Assembly (NCBI GenBank): GCA_963707915.1
Contig: OY970178.1
Coordinates: 480,001 to 544,000 of the forward strand
Direction: 5' to 3'
Origin: Candidatus Eiseniibacteriota bacterium
Lineage (GTDB): Bacteria > Eisenbacteria > RBG-16-71-46
Length of the DNA: 64,000 nt
The translations under genes and the position numbers were made by a program. Below, one piece after another: positions 58,531 through 64,000 of this stretch (position 1 is its first letter; each line of letters begins with the position of its first letter). The notes below the pieces were generated by a model. The model was not told the origin of the DNA, did not search any database, and worked only from the letters and a program-made list of their open reading frames with translations.

Positions 58531-59184
58531 ATGGCGGCCAAGAAGCGTTCCATCGTCCGCGAGTACGTCGAGGCAGCGCTCTGGGCGCTGGTCCTCACGT
58601 TCGTGCTGCGCGCCTTCGTCATCCAGGCGTTCCGCATCCCGTCCGAGTCCATGGTCCCCACGCTGCTCAAGGGGGACTTCCTGTTCGTGAACAAGTTCCA
58701 GTACGGGCCGAAGATCCCCTTCACCCACGTCCGCCTGCCCGGGCTGCGGGGCCCCCGCACCGGGGACATCATCGTCTTCCAGTTCCCGGCCAACCCGAGC
58801 CTGGACTACATCAAGCGCTGCATCGCGACCGGCGGCCAGACCGTGGAGGTGCGGAACAAGGTGGTTTACGTGGACGGCGTGCCGTCGCTCGCGGCGGATC
58901 GCTACGCCTACCACATGGACGCGGGCATCTCCTGCGGCGGACAGGTCGGGCCCTTCCCGGAGGACGTCGAACTGCAGACCTGCCGCGACAACTTCGGCCC
59001 GTTCCGGGTGCCGCCCGGCCGCCTGTTCATGATGGGCGACAACCGCGAGAACTCGAACGACAGCCGCTTCTGGGGCACCGTGCCGATGGACTACGTGAAG
59101 GGCCGCGCCATGTTCATCTACTGGTCCTGGGACGGCACGCGCTTCATGCCGCGCTGGGAGCGCCTGCTCCGCATCCTGCACTAG
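58531..59184 (+). CDS. lepB: Signal peptidase I
   Basis: IPSESMVPTLLKGD, YIKR, MMGDNRENSNDSRFWG. Confidence 0.95.
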   Translation: MAAKKRSIVREYVEAALWALVLTFVLRAFVIQAFRIPSESMVPTLLKGDFLFVNKFQYGPKIPFTHVRLPGLRGPRTGDIIVFQFPANPSLDYIKRCIATGGQTVEVRNKVVYVDGVPSLAADRYAYHMDAGISCGGQVGPFPEDVELQTCRDNFGPFRVPPGRLFMMGDNRENSNDSRFWGTVPMDYVKGRAMFIYWSWDGTRFMPRWERLLRILH

Positions 59185-59196
59185 GCGGGACGGCCC

Positions 59197-60480
59197 ATGC
59201 CGCGCGGCATCGAGGGCCCCGGCGCGGCCGCGCGGGAAGCGGCGCGTGCGGGGCTCTACGTCCACGTGCCGTTCTGTGCGGCGCGTTGCGCCTACTGCGA
59301 CTTCTCGAGCGGCACGTTCTCGGACGCCTCCGCCCAGCGCTGGCTCTCGGCCCTGGAGCGCGAGATCGGGCTGCGGGCGCCGCCGGCCGCGGGGCTGGTG
59401 TTCAGTTCCGTGTTCCTCGGCGGCGGGACGCCCTCGACGCTCTCGCCGGAGCACGTCGGACGGCTCTTCCGCTCGTTGCGCGGCGGCTTCGCGCTGGCGC
59501 CGGACGCCGAGGTCACGCTCGAGGCGAACCCGGAGTCGGTGGACGAGCGCCGGCTCGCCGCCTGGCGGGCGGCCGGCGTGAACCGGCTCTCGGTCGGGGC
59601 GCAGAGCTTCCACGCCGACGAGCTGGCGCGGCTCGGGCGCATCCATCCGGCCGGGCGGCCGGCCGAGGCCTTCGCGCTCGCCCGGGCGCACGGCCTGCGG
59701 AGGCTCTCGCTCGACCTGATGTTCGGCTTCCCGGGCCACACCATCGAACGCTGGGAAGGGAGCCTCGAGCGGGCGCTCGAACTGGAGCCCGAGCACCTGT
59801 CCGCCTACGCGCTATCGCCGGAGCCGGGCACGCGGCTCGGCGACGCCGTCCTGGGCGGGGCGGCCCCGGTGCCGCCGGACTCGCAGCTGGCCGAGTCCTA
59901 CGAGCGGTTCCTGGAGCGCGCCGCCGGCGCGGGCCTGGGGAGCTACGAGACGTCGAACGCGTGCCGCCCGGGTGCGGAGGCCCGGCACAACCTGGTCTAC
60001 TGGCTCCGTCGGCCCTACGTCGGGCTCGGGCCGTCGGCCCACGGCCTGCTGGGGGGCGCGCGCTACGGGAACCTCCGTGACCTCGAAGCGTGGGCGGCAG
60101 CGCTCGAGTCGGGTGGCGCGCCCGAGGCGGAGCGCGAGGTCGAGAGCACGGCGGCGGCGGCGCGCGAGGTGCTCCTGCTGGGGCTGCGGCTCACGACCGG
60201 GGTGCACCGGGGCGACTACCCGGCGGGGCTCTGGGATGCGGTGTCGCGGCGCTACGGGGCGGCGCTGGAAGAGGCCGCTTCGACCGGGCGGCTGCTCGCC
60301 AGCGCGGATGGCTTCGCCATCCCGCCTGCGCTGCGCTACCTCGCCGACGACCTGCTCGCCTGGATCGAGGCGCGCGCCGAGGCGCACGGATTTGACAGTG
60401 ACTCCGCGCACTCCGTACCTTCGCCCTCATGTCCAACCCCGCCGTCATCGGCAACCGGAGCGTCTCCGACCCGGACCTGA
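59197..60480 (+). CDS. hemW: Radical SAM heme chaperone HemW
   Basis: YVHVPFCAARCAYCDF, GGGTPS, EANP, HNLVYW. Confidence 0.88.
   Translation: MPRGIEGPGAAAREAARAGLYVHVPFCAARCAYCDFSSGTFSDASAQRWLSALEREIGLRAPPAAGLVFSSVFLGGGTPSTLSPEHVGRLFRSLRGGFALAPDAEVTLEANPESVDERRLAAWRAAGVNRLSVGAQSFHADELARLGRIHPAGRPAEAFALARAHGLRRLSLDLMFGFPGHTIERWEGSLERALELEPEHLSAYALSPEPGTRLGDAVLGGAAPVPPDSQLAESYERFLERAAGAGLGSYETSNACRPGAEARHNLVYWLRRPYVGLGPSAHGLLGGARYGNLRDLEAWAAALESGGAPEAEREVESTAAAAREVLLLGLRLTTGVHRGDYPAGLWDAVSRRYGAALEEAASTGRLLASADGFAIPPALRYLADDLLAWIEARAEAHGFDSDSAHSVPSPSCPTPPSSATGASPTRT
60392..60421 (+). promoter_or_regulatory. Sigma-70-type promoter of hrcA, inside the hemW 3' end
   Basis: TTGACA-N18-TACCTT, 7 nt before ATG 60429. 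Confidence 0.6.
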
Positions 60481-61469
60481 GCGCCCGCCTGTGCGAGGTG
60501 TTCTCGGCGCTGGTCCAGGTCCACCGCGAGACCGCCCACCCGGTCGGGGCCGAGACCCTGGCCCACCGGGCGCGCATCCGGCTCTCGCCGGCCAGCATCC
60601 GCAACGCGCTGGCGGAGCTGGAGCTGCTGGGGCTGCTCGAGCAGCGCCACGCCTCCGCCGGCCGCGTGCCGACCTCGCGCGGGGTGGACCTGTACGTGCG
60701 CACGCTGCTGGCGCCCGCGTTGCTCCCGCCCGAGATGGTCGCGGAGATCGAGCGCACGCTGTCGCGGTCGACCCGCGACATCCAGGACCTGCTCAGCGAG
60801 GCGTCGCGGCTGCTCTCGACGCTGACGCACCAGCTGGGGCTCGCCGTGGCGGAGCTGCTGGACGACGAGCCGGTGCTCGAGCTCGAGCTGGCCCCGCTGG
60901 ACCCGCGCCGCAGCCTGATGGTGCTGAACCTCGGGGCCGGCAACGTGCGCACGCTGGTGCTCGAGCTGGAAGGCCCGCTGCAGCGCGAGGAGCTCCAGGA
61001 GGTGGCCGACGTCCTGCGCGAGCGCCTGTCGGGGCGGCCGCTCTCCGAGGTGCGCGAGCGCCTCGCCACCGACGCCGACCTGGCGCGGTACTCGGCGGTG
61101 CGGGTCGTGGCGCGTGCGGCGATGGCGGGCTGGAGCCGCCCGGTCTCCACGCCGTTGTTCTCTTCGGGCGCCATGCACATCGCCGAGTTGCCGGAGTTCG
61201 CGGACGCTGCGCGGCTGGGCTCGGTGCTGCGCTCGGTCGAGTCGGGCTCCCCGCTCGACCGGCTGATGGTGAGGAACGTCGAGGGCCAGGTGGCCGTGCG
61301 GGCCGGGGTGGACGAGGACCGTGCGTTGCTGGGCTGCAGCCTGGTGAGCTACTCGCTGCCGGGCTCCGTGCGCGGGGCGGTGGGCGTGCTGGGGCCGTTG
61401 CGCATGGACTACGCGCGCACGCTCGCCGTGGTGGACGCGGTCGGCAGCCGGGTGGCGGACCTGCTGTGA
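60429..61469 (+). CDS. hrcA: Heat-inducible transcription repressor
   Basis: PVG..TL, SPASIRN..AELE..GLLEQ.HASAGRVPT, GVLGPLRMDY. Confidence 0.9.
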   Translation: MSNPAVIGNRSVSDPDLSARLCEVFSALVQVHRETAHPVGAETLAHRARIRLSPASIRNALAELELLGLLEQRHASAGRVPTSRGVDLYVRTLLAPALLPPEMVAEIERTLSRSTRDIQDLLSEASRLLSTLTHQLGLAVAELLDDEPVLELELAPLDPRRSLMVLNLGAGNVRTLVLELEGPLQREELQEVADVLRERLSGRPLSEVRERLATDADLARYSAVRVVARAAMAGWSRPVSTPLFSSGAMHIAELPEFADAARLGSVLRSVESGSPLDRLMVRNVEGQVAVRAGVDEDRALLGCSLVSYSLPGSVRGAVGVLGPLRMDYARTLAVVDAVGSRVADLL

Positions 61470-61500
61470 CGCCAGGCCGCCGGCACGGGAGACCCAGGCC

Positions 61501-62112
61501 GTGAGCGAGCACCGCAAGGGCAGACACGCCCGGCCGCCGGGCGAGCCGGCGGACGGGCACGCCGCGGGCCCCACGCCCGACGTCACCGCCCCGGTCCCGG
61601 AAGGTGAGACTGCCGGCGGGATGCGCCCGGCGGAGGCGGCGGGCGCCGGACCGAGCGAGGCCACGGAGGATGCCGCGGTCCTGAAGGACCGCTGGCTGCG
61701 CGCGGAGGCCGAGCTGCAGAACTTCCGCCGGCGCGCGGCGCACGACCGCGAGGAGAGCCGCCGCAACGCCGAGGAGAGCGTGATGCTCGAGATCGTCGCG
61801 GCGCTCGACGACCTCGACCGCGCGCTGACGACGGTGCCCGAGTCGGGCTCGCAGGAGGCGTGGGCCGAGGGAGTGCGGATGGTGGGGAGGCGACTGGTCG
61901 AGTACCTCGGGCGCCAGGGTGTGACGCCCGTGGACCCGGTGGGCCAGCCCTTCGACCCGGCCTTCCACGAGGCCGTGCTCGAGATGCCGGTCGCCGACGT
62001 GCCGCCCGGGCAGGTGACGCAGGTCCTGGTGAGGGGCTGGCGGCGCGGGAAGCGGACCTTGCGCGCGGCGCGCGTGGTGCTGGCGCGGGCGGCGGACGAG
62101 GCATCCGGATGA
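61501..62112 (+). CDS. grpE: Nucleotide exchange factor GrpE
   Basis: [24 protein letters not shown]....TLRAARV. Confidence 0.93.
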   Translation: MSEHRKGRHARPPGEPADGHAAGPTPDVTAPVPEGETAGGMRPAEAAGAGPSEATEDAAVLKDRWLRAEAELQNFRRRAAHDREESRRNAEESVMLEIVAALDDLDRALTTVPESGSQEAWAEGVRMVGRRLVEYLGRQGVTPVDPVGQPFDPAFHEAVLEMPVADVPPGQVTQVLVRGWRRGKRTLRAARVVLARAADEASG

Positions 62113-63254
62113 CCCGGCGCGACTACTACGAGGTGCTGGGGATCCCGCGCGGGGCGAGCGAGGACGACGTCAAGAAGGCCTATCGGAAGATCGCCTTCGA
62201 GAGTCATCCCGACCGCAACCCGGGCGACAAGGAGGCCGAGCGGCGCTTCAAGGAGGCCACCGAGGCGTACGAGGTGCTGCGCGACGCCGACAAGCGCGCG
62301 CACTTCGACCGGTTCGGACACGCGGCCCCCGCCGGTGCCGGGCCGCAGGGCTTCGACGTCAGCGGCTTCGACCTGGCCGATGCGCTGCGCGCCTTCATGA
62401 ACGAGTTCGGCGGCGACATGGGCGGCCTCGGGGACCTGTTCGGCGGGGGCGCGGGGCGCGGCGGCGGGCGCCTGCGGCGGGGCGACGACCTCCAGGTCCG
62501 GGTGCGGTTGACGCTCGAGGAGGTCGCCACCGGGGTCGAGAAGAAGATCCGGGTGAAGCACCTGCGCTCGTGCGCGGCCTGCCAGGGCCGCGGCGGGACC
62601 GGCGAGGGCGCCTGCCCGCAATGCCAGGGCCGCGGCCAGGTCCGGCGCGTGCAGCAGTCCATCTTCGGGCAGTTCGTGAACGTCTCCACCTGCCCGCAAT
62701 GCGGGGGCGCGGGCCAGGTGGTGCGCGAACGGTGCCGCGAGTGCAAGGGCGAGGGCCGTGTGCCGGAGTCCGACACCATCGCCGTCAAGGTCCCGCGCGG
62801 GGTCGCGAGCGGCAACTTCATCCCGCTGCGGGGCATGGGCGACGCCGGTCCGCGGGGCGGCCCTGCGGGCGACCTCATCGTGCTCATCGAGGAGAAGCCG
62901 CACGCGGTCTTCGATCGCGACGGGGACGACCTCCATGTCGACCTGCCGATCGGCTTCGCGGTCGCGGTCATGGGCGGCAAGGTCGAGGCCCCGCTGGTGG
63001 ACGGCACCAAGGCGGCGGTGAACGTGGCGGCGGGCACGCCGACCGGCCACGTGCTGCGCCTGCGCGGCAAGGGGCTGCCGTCATTGCGCGGCGGGACCGG
63101 CGACCTCCTGGTCCGCCTGGTCGTGTGGGTCCCGGCGCGGGTGAACAGCGAGGATCGCCGCCTGCTCGAGCAGCTGGGGCGTTCCGAGGGCTTCAAGCCG
63201 CCCGCCCCCTCGCGGAGCCTCTTCGAGCGGGTCAAGGACACCCTTGGTGGCTGA
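62109..63254 (+). CDS. dnaJ: Chaperone DnaJ
   Basis: DYYEVLG, HPD, G/F region, four CxxCxGxG motifs. Confidence 0.96.
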   Translation: MTRRDYYEVLGIPRGASEDDVKKAYRKIAFESHPDRNPGDKEAERRFKEATEAYEVLRDADKRAHFDRFGHAAPAGAGPQGFDVSGFDLADALRAFMNEFGGDMGGLGDLFGGGAGRGGGRLRRGDDLQVRVRLTLEEVATGVEKKIRVKHLRSCAACQGRGGTGEGACPQCQGRGQVRRVQQSIFGQFVNVSTCPQCGGAGQVVRERCRECKGEGRVPESDTIAVKVPRGVASGNFIPLRGMGDAGPRGGPAGDLIVLIEEKPHAVFDRDGDDLHVDLPIGFAVAVMGGKVEAPLVDGTKAAVNVAAGTPTGHVLRLRGKGLPSLRGGTGDLLVRLVVWVPARVNSEDRRLLEQLGRSEGFKPPAPSRSLFERVKDTLGG

Positions 63255-63954
63255 GGCCGCACCGGCCCTGCTCTACCTGCCCGGTCTCCCGGAGCCCGGG
63301 TCGCGCGTCGAACTCGAGGCCGCCGACGCCCACTACGTGGCGCGGGTCTGCCGGGCACGCGTAGGGGAGCGCGTGGAGGCCACCGATGGCCGGGGGGCAG
63401 GTGCGGTCCTGCGGCTGGTCGAGATCCGCCGCGGGGTGACCGTGGAGGTCGAGGCGGTCACGCGGCAGCCGGCCCCGCGGCAGTCGTGGGTGATGTGCGG
63501 TGCCCCCGAGGGCGAGCGGGCGGACTGGCTGGTGGAGAAGCTGGCGGAACTCGGGGTCGGACGCTTCCAGCCGGTGGACGCGGCGCGGGGGCGCTGGCGG
63601 GCCGGCCCGGGAAGGCAGGCGCGCTGGGAGCGCCTCGCCATCGCCGCACTGCGCCAGTCGAGGCGACTGCACCTCATGGCGGTAGGGGTGCCCATGCCCC
63701 TGCGGGAGGCGCTGGCTTCGGTCCCCCCGGGCAGTTCCGGCTGGCTCGCCGACCTGTCCGGGGTCGCCGGTCCGGCTTCGGCGGCCGGGGACCCGGCGGT
63801 CGGGCTGGTCGGGCCGTCCGGGGGACTGGATGACCTGGAGAGGGGCCTGGCGCTGTCCGCCGGTTTCCAGCCGGTGCGTCTGTCGGACGCCCGCCTCCGG
63901 ACGGAGACGGCCGCCCTGGCATGGGCTGCCTGGTGGGCCGCCCGGGGGGCCTGA
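63244..63954 (+). CDS. rsmE: 16S rRNA m3U1498 methyltransferase
   Basis: H...[29 protein letters not shown]. Confidence 0.88.
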   Translation: MVAEAAPALLYLPGLPEPGSRVELEAADAHYVARVCRARVGERVEATDGRGAGAVLRLVEIRRGVTVEVEAVTRQPAPRQSWVMCGAPEGERADWLVEKLAELGVGRFQPVDAARGRWRAGPGRQARWERLAIAALRQSRRLHLMAVGVPMPLREALASVPPGSSGWLADLSGVAGPASAAGDPAVGLVGPSGGLDDLERGLALSAGFQPVRLSDARLRTETAALAWAAWWAARGA

Positions 63955-64000
63955 AGGTCCTCCAGCCCGGCCCGGCTTGACGCTTGGTGCCAGCGGCCAT

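Noticed and set aside
60405..60431. CIRCE operator
   Set aside because: Only a partial GCACTC half-site is present, with no inverted second arm.

Overview
A very GC-rich bacterial chromosomal segment (GC judged by eye, not computed) in which nearly all real genes lie on the + strand. The gene set (T9SS-type C-terminal sorting domain, Omp85, lipid A acyltransferase, fused FTCD) suggests a diderm of the FCB group, possibly a candidate phylum such as Eisenbacteria; this is inference only. In order, the window holds: an outer-membrane protein cluster; DinG; histidine utilisation genes (hutU, hutI, ftcd); an SgmX-like TPR protein and a PHP protein; an ECF S-component with an outer-membrane barrel; comEA; a large type IVa pilus locus (pilB-pilT-pilC-pilS-pilR, two tandem pilins, a PilH/I/G-like ABC module, pilMNOPQ); aroK, rsmD, coaD, pta, an aconitase-like pseudoenzyme, obgE, dprA and lpxL; a His-less sensor kinase; tRNA-Phe and tRNA-Thr; glmM-glmS-ridA; a UGA-recoded selenoprotein SelD next to tRNA-Sec; and lepA-lepB-hemW-hrcA-grpE-dnaJ-rsmE. 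The main hidden signal is three sigma-28/FliA-type promoters (TSARG-N15-GCCGATAA), each 150-170 nt upstream of a pilus operon. Each is followed by a leader that folds by hand into the same hairpin plus H-type pseudoknot despite little sequence similarity, which makes it a candidate undescribed cis-regulatory RNA. The pilin and ABC genes instead have sigma-54 promoters. Other notable items are a frameshifted major pilin, an apparently catalytically dead aconitase and an apparently dead histidine kinase. I found no mobile elements or CRISPR arrays.
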